From Raillietiella orientalis (taxonomy: Eukaryota), in assembly GCA_036172245.1 (NCBI GenBank), contig JAYWIR010000006.1:806001-870000 (forward strand): a stretch of 64,000 bases of DNA. The letters are read 5' to 3'. Shown here in pieces: positions 27,527-40,959 of the stretch. The notes beneath the pieces were generated by a model. The model was not told the origin of the DNA and ran no database searches. It saw only the letters and a program-made list of their open reading frames with translations. The first letter of the stretch is position 1. Each line of letters starts with the position of its first letter. Made by a program: the position numbers and the translations under genes.

Positions 27527-30500
27527 TGGAGAAGCAGCTCCCCCGAGGGAGGCATTAACCTGCTCCATGGCACGGCCCCATTCTCACAACCGGAAGGAAG
27601 GTCATCTTCCAATCCCGGTCAGTCGATGAGGACGCTCGAGAGTTTCCTGATTTCCTCTGGGGCTGCTCCCGAAGACGAAACAGCGTTATCCTGCGAAGGG
27701 AGAAACTTGAAACTCACCTCCTTATTTCTCGGCGTCGATCCTTTACCTGGGTGGATTCGAACCCGCGACGCTCGGCACTGCGCACGCGAAGACCGCAGTC
27801 AACGCGGCTGTGTGGCACCGCTTTCCTCCTCTTTTTCTTGCCGAGGGGATGGTCGCGTTCTCGTCTTTGGACGAGTGAAAGAGGCTGCAGACTAAGCGTT
27901 CGCAGCCATGGACAAGAACGAACCCGAGTGCTCCCACTCATCCCCAGACGGGACGCGCGCGTCGAAGTAAAGTGTCCCTCCCCCCCCTCTCTCTCCCTCC
28001 CCAACCTGTCCTGAAAAGTAGATGCGGGAAGTTTTCCGCGCCAGAGCAGCCGGTCGGGGGGGGGGGGGGAACAAGATGATAGCGTTCCCATCTCGTGGTC
28101 AATGGACAATTTCGAGGTGCGGTGATGTAATCCGATTTCCTGGAGAATTCACAGACGCTCTGGAACGCAGGTGCCGTCGTACGCGAGAGGACTCAATCTG
28201 GCAGATGCAGATGCATCCAGGCCTAATCAGGTCCAGGCCTAATCGGATTGCTCGCTGCTCAGACGGACGGTCCCCAGAGGCGAAGTTCCGACTGAGAAGG
28301 TGGCGCTTCCGTCGCGCCCAAACGGTGCTTTGTTCACCCTCTCCTGCTAGAGAGTTGCGTAGGTGATCAAACCACGGCGATCGCTTCGCTGAAACGGTCG
28401 CACAGGACAGGCGTCGTTTCGGCGTGGTGAGCCACCACCGCCGAAGGACCGTGGGGTAACGAACGGAAAAGCAAACGAGAGCTGACCAGTAGCAAGATAC
28501 AAGGAGGAAGAGCAGCTCGTAAATCCGCGGCCACCGGCGACAGCTCCGTGGTGGTTCGGATGTGACAGCAGAGGGCGTGCCATGCGTCTCGAAATGCGAG
28601 CCAAGGGGGAACGTAGAGACCGCCGCGTGATTCTTGGTGATTTCCCCACTTGTTTGAGCAGCTGTCTCCGGCAGCGCCGGGCAACCGCTGGATCGCTCAC
28701 TATCTGATCGTCGTCGACCGGGAAGTTTATTCGTAACCCTGTTGACCTGCGAGTGCAAGAGGGGCACACGCGTCGTCGAGGGCGCGGACAGTTTCCGCAA
28801 ACAGCAGGAGCCAGAGGACGCGCGTGGATTCCAGTCTCTTTTCGTAGGCGCTCCTCGCAGAGGCGGACAAAGAAGAAGTCTGGGCGGAAGGGGAGGACAA
28901 GGGCGGACCGAGCGTGACTTTCGCGAGTCGGAACTTGAATGGGCAGGCAACTCCGAGCTCGGAAGGAAGGGAAGGTCGAGGGACTCCTCATCGAGCTGAC
29001 CGTGCAGTGCCCTGCCACCCACTTCTTTCTTTCTTTTTTTTTTCCTCGCCTATTCGAAGAACCCAGATCGATCAGGAGCGCAGTTTCCTCTTCGAGCGAG
29101 TCTTCGGGACCGATTCCTTCGGGAAATGTGTGTGTTCTCGCTCTTTCTCGCAACACTTTGGTGGCAAACCAACAAAGCAACACTGGTGGATCTGTTTCAT
29201 TCCAGCTTGCCAGCCTGTTTTCAATCTTCGTTACTAGGGCGTGTCTTACCTAAATCGAACAACTGACTTCCTTCTAAGCTAGAATCCCTTTTTCTTTCCC
29301 AATAACAGTACTAATAAGGAGATTCTTTGCTTTCGTCCCACATGGAAACACCGAGCTTCTGTTCCGTCGATCTCCCATTGTGAAAATGCAAGAGGTGTTT
29401 TGCACCACCCAAGCGGAAAAAGGTCAAGATAGGGTGCTGAACTCTTAAAAAGGAAAGCGGGGTATCTTCATCAAGTCACGTGTGTGCGCGTGTGTATGTT
29501 TGCAACAACCTTTCGTTGGATAATGCAAATGCCGATCTCTGGGAAGCGTACGACGGGTCGTGACACATTTCAAAGATGGAGAGCATTGAGGCGCATCACC
29601 GGGTGGCTTCAGGGTTTACCAGTTCGAGCCGCTTCGTTGCTCTTTAGCAGCGGCAGAAGAAGTCTTTGCACTCTCTTTCCACGGCACGCGGAAGCTTCCT
29701 GAGCACGTCGCAGCCAACCCGGTTCGGCACGATGGGAGAGTGAAGTAGGAAGAGGGAACAAACATTCCCAGTGCTCGAGGATGCAGGCTTTTCTTTTTTT
29801 CGGGTGTGGCTGCCGAAAGCACGGGATTCCGTAGGACTTCGACGGCGATTTCCCACGGCGGGCCGCGTATCCACCCGATCCGTTCGAAGCAGGGCAGGAA
29901 AAACAATCCGTCGGCAGGCAGGCAGAGAGCCTGCCTCTTTCTCTGGGGATGGGTCCTGCCCCACGTTGACATGGTGGTGGTTCGGGAAACTGACTTGTCG
30001 TTTCTTCGACCCCACCCCACCCCCCGGTTCTCGCAAGCAAAGCCATGGGAGCGCTGAAACTCGCAGAACGCCCTCGTACGAGAGAGGAGTTACTCTCTCT
30101 TCCTTTGAGTCCGTCTGGCTTCACGCGAAACCCCAGATCGGTGGCGAATTACTGATAAAGCAAAAATCAAACGTGGTCGCCGCCCTTTCCGGATGCACCG
30201 GTCTCGATCGCTGAAGCTCCTACAGCGTGCTTATAAAATAGCTCTTCTTCTTTCATGGCAGGGATTCCTTTTGCATACCAGTTCCAAAAGATAGTGAATA
30301 CCTGCTCCAAACCTAAGGGTATGCGTAAGAACGAATTCAATCGATCATATGAGGGCACGCTCGAGGTCGTGGGCAGGTGGACCTTCGAGACTGCGCTTCA
30401 GGTGGCAAACGCCGCCAGCTAGATGGTTTAACTTGCAAGCAGGACAGACACCGCTCAGGTGCTCCATCCTCGGGAGCGAGTATCTTGGTTCCGATTTGCA

Positions 30501-33500
30501 TTATTTGGCTCCTTGCTCACCAATCCATACCTGGATGTGAACAGTCTGCTCTGTGGAAGCAGCATGCAAAACGGACCTCTTGCATACGATCGTGCCTAGG
30601 AATCAGATTCTCCAAAATTCCGGCCTTTTCAGGCGAACCTTGCAAAGGACCTTGCGCTCCCGAAGGTCCTTTTTCCCTTTTTTTTTTCCTCTTTTCTTGC
30701 CTCCAACAGGGAAGATTCGGCGCCATTCCAGTGCATATTTCAATTTCTCCTGCCCTCACGCCACTTTTTTTTTTTGCATGCGGAACGATCCATCCCTTTT
30801 CCTTCCTCGAATTTTACCATTTCAAATGGAAAGTCCGCTGGAGGATTGGCGGCCCTGATTAGCAAACGAATGTCTCTTGAGCAGGTGGGAACTTGGAAAA
30901 ATGCAAACGAGACACACACAAGACTTTTACATCGGTCGGAATTCCCGTGATACCGATGAAAGCACGTGCAGTGATTTATGGCGTCCGAGCGAAGTGCCAA
31001 ACACTTGCAATCGTTTGAAATCATACCCCATCTCATCATGACCATTTGATGGCTCTGTAAACAAATACAAGAGTAGGAAAACGCACTGCCCCGAAGCAGA
31101 GTTCCACACCAAAGGCTGCACGTGGAACGGCGGTGAACTGAACCCTCGAACTGAAACATCGGATGTACAAAGACGAAAGCGGAAGATACCTCCCACGAAT
31201 CTTCGGGAGGTACGTAGCCAGGGCGATCCCTGGAGCACGGCGCCTGGGCAGCGTGCGCATTCTACTGCCGCTTTCCCCGCCAGCTGGCAGCACGGGTCAC
31301 CAAACCCTCCTTTGCCGTGCAGCGACATTTTGGTGCGACTCGCGTCGCTCGACTCGGCCTCACCGTAAAAGTGGTGGCAGAATTTCTCGGCGCAAGGAAA
31401 ACAAAACTCGACACTTTTTTTTTCAACCTGCTTTCTTCTTCTTCTTCTGAAGTTATCCTCTCATCTCTCTTGCATGGAGGATTCGGTGGATCACAAAGGC
31501 GGTTCGTGATTCCACGCCGATCTGAATGTACCTTATTTATTCATTTGTTTGTGGTCAACGTGATTAGAAAAGGGCTTCCGGGGGGTCGAGGCTAGAGGAG
31601 TTACCGATTCAGATTTTGAATGGAACGACCGCAGGAGGATACCATCGGACAGTTTCCCTGATTTTCTTACCCCTCCTCGCGTCGCAACTCGGGCAAGGCA
31701 TTCCTGCTTTCGACACCGAGGTGTGAGGCAGAAGTGGAAGACGGGAATGACTTCCGAGGTTTGTCTTGGGGAATGCAGAAGAAGCGTCGAAGGTTTCCTG
31801 GCACATTGTAAGAAGTAGCTCCTTGCTCTTCATTCAAAGAATGAAGGACCTCCTTGGTATGCATGCCTGTTTAATGGATTCTTTTGTTACACGGATCATG
31901 AAAGGGGGGTGGGGGTGAGGAAGGGGGTTTCTTTGGGATGCGACTGGATTCTGAACAGTTGGTTAAGCATGTAAACGCAGTAATTAGCTGCGTTCTGAAA
32001 ACTTCGAGCGAATGAGAACGGTAGTTGGGATCCCTGCTTGCGACTTTTTGTGCGAAAACGGGAAAAGAACGCATAGCGCCTGAGGGCCTCGGAGAAGCAA
32101 CTCCTTCAAGCAAAGCTGGCATTCGCTGCTTTTATCATTTTCATCAGGTTACTTGGATGCAGAGCGTTCCTTGGGAGGTGGAGAGAAAAGGATTTGCAAC
32201 AACGTATCCGAGTTTTTCAGGGCCGCGTCGGCTGCCCATAGCAACCGGTTCGTACCCTGGCGACAGGTTTCCAGCACACGAGAGCGAACACCAGTCTTAC
32301 CGAAGAGGCCAAGTTCCCGAGAAAGGAGTGAGAGCTTCTCGCGTGTTTGCCGTGCAATCAGGAAACAAGATGGCGCTGGGAGCGTTTCGACGGTCGACGT
32401 GGGGGAGTAGGTTAAACTGGGTGACGCGCCGTCCGAGTTCAAAGCAGCGCCATCCTGCATTCGCTCGTCCTGCTTCCACAAGATGTCTTTGAAGCACCAC
32501 AATGATAAGTTGCCAGGGGAAATGCAGGGCGGTGCCACACCGGAACCCCCCCCCCCCCTCCCCACCTCCTGGCCCGCAGCAGGGGGAGGCTGGAGCTCGG
32601 ATCCTCCAAGCTTTCTGCCGCCTACGCAGCCGTGTCTCGATTTCTTGCGAGTCAGCATCTCTCGGGGATCTGCTCCGCGCGACTCTTCCGCGGAGAGAGA
32701 AGATCCAGCGAACGCGTCCTCTGCCGCCGCAACGGCAGCCGTGTAGCAGCAGCGGTTTCTTGCAGAGGAACTTCCCCACTTTTTACTCCGCTTTCGTTTT
32801 TATTTCATTTTATCTTTTTTACCACCTGCCTACCTCACCTTCACAGGAACTCTGCCGTCGAGTCTTGGGGGAGGAGAGGGGGAAGGGGAAGGAAGGAAGG
32901 GTGAGGGAATATGGAAAAGATGAAAACCTGGACGCTTGGGCTCCTACGGATCGTGGATCCGACTCCTCCGACATTTTCCCGGAAAGCTGCTGGATCGTGG
33001 GGAGTGCGCGTTCGATTTGGACCATTCCCGTGGGTTTCCCAGACGGGGGCTATTTCGAAATTCCTGGAGGGGGACACTCCAGAAAATTAAGGTCAAAGTC
33101 ATTATGCGTTATTATGCGACGGATTGTTGCTATTGGTTACCATTGTTTCGTTTGGGGGGGGGGGGATACGTCCGCTAGGAGGGGAAAAAAGCACTTCCGC
33201 TTTCGCCCGTACGCCGACAAGGACAACATCCTACTTTGGGGAAAGCTCGCGCCTGCCCTCAACCCCCCCACCTCCCCTCTTGGTCATTCCGAGAGCCCGT
33301 CCCGTCGACGGGACGGCGCGGCCCGCCGCCCGGCGGGCGTACAGGGGTCGCCGTCCCTGACTGTTGCTGTTTGGTTGCCGCCCGGAGGAATCTACTTCCG
33401 TCCCTCGAAGGGGCGGCAGTAGATTCCTCCGTGGCCCACGGCGTCGCGTGGACAGAGGGAAAAGACCGAATCTTCAGCGATCCCGGAAACGGCGGCAGAA

Positions 33501-35346
33501 ACGCGCGCGTCGGCTTCTCGTTCAGAGCCGGATGAGGGGAGAGGGAACGGAAGGATGCGCCGAGAGGCGGATGAGGAGGAGACAGCGCCGCCAGCGGCGG
33601 GGGGAAACGAGCTGCGCCCCTGCGACGTGACACCTTCCGGGAACCGTGGAAACGGGGGGACGATTCGCGTGCGGCGGTTTCGGGTGTTGCCGCTGCTACG
33701 ATTTTCCAGGCAGAGCTCGCTTTTTTTTTCGGAGGGGGGGAGAAAGAAAGGAGGGAAGAAAAGGGGGAGGGGATTCCCTGTGGGCTTTGTTGCTCTGCTG
33801 ACGCCGTCTTCGAACAACCTTTTGGCGCGTCCGAGGTGTGAGGCTACTTGGCCCCGAGGATGGGGTGCACGGGAGCGGAGGCGCTCCTCGAGGGTGCACG
33901 CTGCAGGAAGGCTTCCCACATCGCACGGCGCGACCCGGAGCCGGCGATCAGCGAGAGGACCCCGGAAGGGTTTGCCGACAAGCAGAGGCAGCGCGCGTCC
34001 GGCGGGTGGCTGGCGGCCCGGGGGCGGGGAAGGAAGAACGTCGCTCTGATCTGAAATTCCTGGTCTCGGCCGACCTACCGGGAAGGCGGGATCCACTTTT
34101 TGCGCGCCCGAGACATCGCCCGGGGCCGCGTCCTCCGAGCGGTTGTCCGGAAACCGGCCGGCCGGTGCCGTCTTCTCCTGCCGAATGAGGGAGCGCGCGC
34201 TTCTTCCCCTGCAACCTTAGACTTCCTCTTCCCCGAGCTTCGATCTCCTCCTCCCTCTTTTGCGCATCCGAGGGGGCTCGAGCACGTGACGACGAGTCGC
34301 CGCCATCTTTCTTCCCCTCTTCCTCCTTCCGTTTCTGGCCTGTGGACCGGCCGGTCTACGCGGAGAGTCTCCGGCGGGGTCATCCACGTCACCCTCCGAT
34401 GCGCCCTCGCGGAGATGCACGCGCGCGCGTCCTCCCACGCTGCGCATCCGGCGCCACCGAGACACGGAAAGGCAACTTCCGGGCTTCCCTGCTTCCTTCC
34501 GCCGTTCTTCCTCTTCCAGAGCACCGCCTTCTTCCTCTCTCCCTCCCCTGCGAGACACTCTGCGCGCGGTGCTGCTGCCGCCCTCCGGCGGAGACGCTAA
34601 GGCGCTGGGAGCAAGCTGAGCCGGGTGCGGGGGGGAGGAGGGATTCGTCCGCAGCCCCCCTCAGCTGGGGGTGGCTCGCCGGTTTCTCCCACGGGAGGGA
34701 ACCTGAGATATTCTTCCCGGATCGCACCGCGGGGACTCAAGGGGGAGGGCGTGGAGCAGAGGACACGTGGGATGGGAAGATGGGGGGCATCCCGCCTCCC
34801 TGCAGAACCCGTCGGCGCAGAGCGCAGGGAGGCGCGGATGCTGCGCCTCAGGTCGCCGGAACCCAGAAATGCGCATCCGGACCGCGCGGTGATCATCCGC
34901 TCAGCTTCCGCTCCCGGAGCCGGTGCGTCCGAGGAGGAAGACGGCCGGAAGGCACTGCCCCCTCTCCCCCTCCCTTGACCGTAGGGGGAGGAAGGATCCG
35001 GGAATCTTCTCGCAGGGACGAGGGCTCCGTCGGTCGGGTTCGGTCTCCGTTCGGCGCCAGGGGGAGGAGGGGGGGGTCGGCGGTTTGGTTGGGTCCGCTC
35101 GCTCGAGCTCCCGAGTTGAGGGTGGGAGGGACTGGTGGTCACCTCCTCCTGGAGACGCAGCTGCGCAGGTGGGCGCTCGTTCTTCCGGGGAGTGTTTCGG
35201 CTGCGGTGGACGATGTGCGGCGCCAACAGCGTCGGGCGGGCTGGGGGGAAGGCGTGACTTCTCGCGCGAGAGAGCCGGGAAGGAAGGAGGGGGCTCCTCG
35301 CGCCCGCGGACGGCGGCCAGTCCACTCCAGCAGCCGCTGCTGCCGC

Positions 35347-35360
35347 GTAACCATGGCAAC
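35347..35360. promoter_or_regulatory. RFX X-box consensus GTAACCATGGCAAC
   Basis: Full match to GTNRCC(N0-3)RGYAAC; function not shown. Confidence 0.35.
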
Positions 35361-38300
35361 GAGGGAGAGTGCCGCCTCGCTCCCTGGAGGCTCCCTTCCT
35401 CGACCCAGTTGGGGAGGCAAAAGATGGGATCGCCGCTCCTCCTGCATGACTCGACCACAGGAAGCCTCCGGGAAGGAACCGGGTGGGTGCCGCGGACTTG
35501 TGGACGTCTCGGGGAGAGGAAGGGCGAGCGCCACCGCCGCACGCAGGAGGCAAAGTGGCCGCAGGTCGCCGCGGACGGTGCAACCGCGAGTGCGAAGGTC
35601 GCGTCGAGTATCTGCAGGGAAGAGCCGCTTTGCACGCCGGTCTCTGCAGGAGCTCCAGCCGGTTCCCCGCCCCGGGGGGGAGGGGAGCGGGAGGTGGGTT
35701 TACGAAGCTTCCTGGTTGCGCACTGTTCGGCTTCGGGAGTTCCCCCCATCACGGGGGTCTCATGCCGCGAGCAGGGCCGCAGGCCCGGAAGACGACGACT
35801 CGTGTGCGGAGACGAATCGTCGCGGTGCGGCGCTGCCCCCGGCCGTTCGGAGGCTCTTCGAAGCGTCCAGGAGGGTCTCGGAGAGCAAGCGAACCGAGCA
35901 CGATGACCCCGCGGCCTCCTCCCTGCCGACTGCGGATGTGGCCGTCAACACCCTGAAGGTGGGCGCTGCAGGGTCTCGGGGTCCCCGAAATGAAGGGGTG
36001 GCGCGAGAGCTGGAGATTTCGCGGCTGCGCCTCGACGGAATGAGACGCCTCGCGGTTGCCCCTGGCAGCCAGCGTAACCGCGATGCGGACTGGACCCGCA
36101 CATCGGGGCCTCCTCTCCCGACGAAGACGTCCGATGCGGAAGGAGGGATCCCGGAAGCGATCGCGGGCAGGACAGGGAGATGCGCAAACTCCCTGGACCT
36201 TCGTCCCGGGCAGTCCTCCTCCACCCTCCGAGCCCACCGGGCTCACGTGCGTTCCCGGAAGTTCCCCGCTCTTGAGGGAACACCGCCGTTAGCGGGATCC
36301 CGGCGCCTCAACGACGGGCGAGCGAACTTCCCAGCTCGCATCCCCGGGGAGTGAGAGGGAAAGCGTCTTCGCGTTTGCAGAATTTCCTTCCCTTTTTCTC
36401 GTGCACTCGACCCCCCGAACGCAGCCCTCCCCCTTTGGTTTCCCCGGGACCTCACGCCTCCCCTTCTCTCCCGCTCGCAGCTTAGCAGCCAGCCCTTCGC
36501 GTCCGTCGAGCAGTGGGTTTTACGGGTTCTGCCTGCCTGAGCGCTCCCTCCCCCTCCCTTCCCTGCAGGAAGAAAAGCGAGCACGGAGATGCGACTCGCG
36601 GGTGCTGCGGAGAGGCGCCTGGATCGAGCGAGGAGGGGTGGAAAAAGGTCACGCCTTTTCCGCTGGATTGGCGGCGGACGAAGCTGAATGGCCGGTCGCG
36701 TCCGGAGAGCGCGTACAGCCGCTCCTCTGGGAGATCCGCCGGGGTCGCAACAGCAACGATCCGAGATCGAATTTCTTTACCTGCGAAGCACGTAATGCAC
36801 AGCAGCCGGATGTCCCGGCGCGCGGGAAGCTCTCGCGTCGACCCCCCTTCTCCTCCTCTGGATCGCTCCGGCTGACCAGGGTCGACGACATCCAGCTCTT
36901 CGCTCGCCCGGTCCGAAAGCCCTGAGGGTGCCGCCTGTTCGTCCGTCGCGATTTCCCACGTGTGCGTAGGCGTTCTTGAGGGGTTTACCTCGGAGGGGCA
37001 GAGGTGGAAGCGCTGCAGCAGAGCATGAGCGGCCCTCGAAGCGGCGCACTGGGAGACCGGGTCGAGAGAAGACCACGCTTGCGGCATGGTCGATAAGGGT
37101 CGTTGTGGAAGCTGGAACGTAGCGAGCTGCTGCCGAGCAGGCATTTGGGGAGGAGGAGGGGTGTGGCGGGAGGACCTGCGAGAGAAAACTTCAGCTCTGA
37201 AGCTTCCTGTGTTCCAACGGAAACCCAACGGTCGAAAGGAGATTCACGATGCAAGACAAAGAAGGAGTAGCCTCCGTTGTCAAGGATCGAAGCGCCACCG
37301 CCCAGTGGGGGACCGGTCGTTGGACCCGCAAGGCTCAGCCGAGGCCCGCTGGCATGTTCGAAATGCTTCGTGCGGAAGAGGGAACGGTCGGGAGACGAAC
37401 GAAAGAGGGTCAGGGGCGGCGACCAGGCTAGTCCTCTGCTGCGCCCGCTTGGTGCCGCGCTCGCTTGCCGGCGAACTTACGGTGGAGGCTCCGCGGGGGC
37501 TGCTGCTTCGTTCGAGAAGCGTGGATGCTGCTCCGGACGTGCAACGGAAAGGGTGGGAGGAGGTTCGTACGTCTGACGAGCGCCGCCTCCGCGAGGATTT
37601 GCTTCCGCCGCTCTTCCGGGCTAGGGGCGCACCGCCAAGGGCCGACCGGAATCACTGGGAAGGGGCTTCTTCTTCCGAGGAACAGCACCAGGACAAGAGC
37701 GTCACCTTCCGCTGGAGAGGCTGGGACCCCTCGTCTCTCTGCGAGGCTCCGGTCCCCTGCACCGGCAGCTGGACGCAGAGGGAGGAGGAGGGGGTGGGAG
37801 TAAGTCGGCGGAATGAAGGAGGGTGGGAGGACGAAGGACGGCGTTCCAAGCAAGAGGAATCCAAGAAGGGGCAGCAGGGAGTCTAAGGAGGAGGATTCTC
37901 AAGCAATATTCTCATTCTTTGTCGCCCACGCCTCAAGAGTCGCCCACGTTCGAGATGAAGCGCCGGGCGGACGCGCGCCGCTTTCGCGGCGACGGTTTTT
38001 CTCTTTCGCGGCTGGGGATGCTGCGCCTGCCAACAGCGATCTCGGCCGTGGTGACGCGAGTCTCCAGGGCTTCTCTGGTTCCATCCTCGCCCCCGCCTCG
38101 CGCCTTCCTCCCTCCCCCCTTCCTCGAGCCGAACACGCGCGACCTGATAGGCGCGGATACACGAGGCGCACCTTTCGAAGTCCGACCTGCCCGACCACGC
38201 AGGCGCCCGGAGTGCACGCACGCACGCACTCTCGAGAGGAACCCGTGCCATACGATCGCCTCCGCTGGCGAGAGAACCGGGTCGGAGAAGACGCAGAGGC

Positions 38301-38691
38301 ACTCTCAATACGCGGCGCCGGAGGCGAAGGTCGTTTTCGCGAAACGCGTACCAAGAAGCCTGCGGTTTCCATGGCCAACTCGGAGGGTTCCCTCACGCAC
38401 GCCTTCGACACCTTCTCACATTTGCTTCCTTCCATCCTTCCTCCTTTCCGAGGAACCCTTGGGGAACGGAGGTGGTAGTCGGTTGTTCATCCGGAAAGCC
38501 GGACGATGACTGCTGTCTCCAAGAAGGCGGGAAACGATGGAGGGAAGCCGTTTCGAGGGATCCGCGTCGGGCGAAGAGAGAGGGAAGTGGGGAGTCGGCC
38601 TGGAAGCTACGGCCACATCTCACCCCAACCCGTTCGCCTTAGTCTGGAGGAAGCACGAAGGGGAGCTCTCGGACTCTATCTCGAGGCTCTA

Positions 38692-38932
38692 TCCGGGGCG
38701 CCCTCCCATGGCAACCCGCAGCAAGAAAAAGCTCGAGGACCTCCTCCGGGTGCTCGAATGCCAAATGTCGCTGCGCTTCGAAGGCCAGAGAGGCGTTCTG
38801 CTCGGGATAAGGGGGTGTGCGCGCACCTCCTTCGGTGACTTTTCCGTGCCCTGGGACAGCGGAACGAAGCAACCCGGTTCTGGAGGGTAGCTCCGCGTCT
38901 GAAGACCCCTTCAGGGAAGAATATCTCTTCCG
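38692..38932 (+). repeat. Degenerate dispersed repeat, longest copy
   Basis: 38692-38868 aligns by eye with 40333-40518 (CTCCCATGGYAACCCGCA...GAAAAAGCKCGAGGACCTCCTCCGG...CCTTCGGTG...CCGTGCCC...CGGAACGAA). 38881-38932 aligns more loosely with 13047-13106. Confidence 0.7.
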
Positions 38933-40332
38933 ACACGGAACTTAGTCGGCGCTGGCGAGCGAGACCAGGAGGAAGGCACAGAGAGGCTCTTGGGAATGAG
39001 CAGCGCGCCTCGGGGAAGAAGCGAACCAAAGGGACGCGCACGGTTCCTCAAGTGCTCAAAGAGGCACAGTCCTCGGCAAAGACTTTCAGAAGGCAAGTAA
39101 GAAGCTGGGATACAGAGGATTCCGAGAGGGCGTGGCTGCGGTCAGACGCACCTCCTCCGGGAAGAGGAAGGAGGACATTTAGAGGAGAGCGTCTGAGTTC
39201 TGTGTTCCAGCAGCAGCTTCCATTTCGTCGAAGCGTCGAAAGCGACCGTCGGCAGAGGAGCTACTGGGCGGCCGTGACTCCGCGCAGTTTCCGGATCCGC
39301 TCCGTCCGACCGGAGAGAAAGGGGAGTCCAGGATGAAGGAGCCCCAAGCCCCACATCGAAGGGGGGGCGTGGAGGAGGAGGTCGGCTTGTGGAGCCGCTG
39401 TCACTTCCGGAAGCACGCCTCGGGGCATGGAGAGAAGCCTCCGCCGCCAGCGTCTGGACGGGTCGCGCGGTCCTCGATATCCTCTGTTCGAAGCGCTTTC
39501 TCCGTTGTCATGGAGAGAAGAGAGAGAGAGAGAGAGAGCTGGGTGATCAGGTGTGACTGAAACAGCATCGAAAGTGAATCTCCCTCCCTTTCCGCACTGG
39601 CGACGTGCGCCTCTCCCTCGATGCGAAAAAAAAAAACACAAAGATGGCGTGCAGCCTGCTTTCCGTGGGGGCGAAGGACTTTGCGATGCCGGGCTAGTCG
39701 ACTGACTCTCCGCCGGGTCTTCCTTCTCATTCTCCTCTACCCGGAGGTTGGGCGTAGACTGGTCGACATGGAGAGGGAGGGAGGCACCGGAAGCGTTCTG
39801 AACACAACCGCCTTCCTGCTACTTTCGCGCGACTCGACGGACGGCGGTCGTCACACGAGAGGACGCCTGTAATAACGTGGAAGTCCTTCTCTCACGGACT
39901 GGCCAAGGAAGCAGCTTCCCCGATCGGGCAAGGAGTGGGGACGACGCGAACTGCTGACCCGCAGCCGACTGTCCACTCAGAGACCGTCGCTTTTTCCCCC
40001 CTGGTCCAGCTCACATCCCGTGCTTGTGACTTGCCAGTTCCTGGAAACTGCAGCTTCGCGCTTCCAGCAGACACCCCCCTCACTTTCGCCTTTTCCCGTT
40101 TCACCCGAAACGAGGACGCGAGCCTGCGCCCCGGGTGGGGCGGGGGCACTCTCCCGTTTCTTCTCCGAAGGGAACCCGGAAGGGATCCGCTCCTGAATTC
40201 GACCACTCCTAGTGGAGGCAGCATCCGAGGAATGTTAACCGCAGTCAGTGGTCCGGATCCGCAAAAGCTAACAGCCCGCCGCGACACAGGGATGCTGGGA
40301 GCTCAAGCAAGCCCACGACACCGCAGACTCGC

Positions 40333-40518
40333 TCCGGAGCGTCCTCCCATGGTAACCCGCAACGGGAAAAAGCGCGAGGACCTCCTCCGGATCCGCGGAT
40401 GCTGGATGTCGCCGCGCGCGAGATCAACAAAGCGTTCCGCTTGGGATCGGGGATAGGGGCAAGATGGGGTGCTCACTTCCTTCGGTGGGCCTCCCGTGCC
40501 CCAGGGCAACGGAACGAA
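40333..40518 (+). repeat. Degenerate dispersed repeat, copy similar to 38692-38868
   Basis: Collinear shared blocks with 38692-38868, with small indels. Confidence 0.75.
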
Positions 40519-40959
40519 CCTACTGCTTATAGGGACCTTTCGTGCGTGTACGTGTGGGCGGATGGACGCATCGATTAGCGACCTTGACTCAGCACTCTTC
40601 TTTGCTGTCTGATGAAAACACACACACACACACATACACACAATTATTTTCTCTGCTGCTAAGAAACGGAACAGCGTGATACGCAAAACCCAATCTATCT
40701 TGAAGTGAAAGAAGAAGGAAAAAAAGGGGGGGGGGATACAAACAAAGAGATCGCGAATGCTACTGCTTTTTTCGTTCTGGACGCGGGGCCGACTTCCACC
40801 AGAACTGCGTGGCAACACTGCCGGATGCAATACTTCCCCGGGCCGAAAGTCTTTAGGGAGAAAGCGGGGGAGGGGGATTCGAATGCCATGTGCTCGACCT
40901 CAGTCTGTCTTTCCACGGCATTTCTGAAAGAAATCCATTTTTTTCCCCTCCCCTTCCAG

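Noticed and set aside
27745..27800. tRNA-like B box on the minus strand (GTCGCGGGTTCGAATCC)
   Set aside because: No A box, acceptor stem or cloverleaf; at most a decayed SINE head
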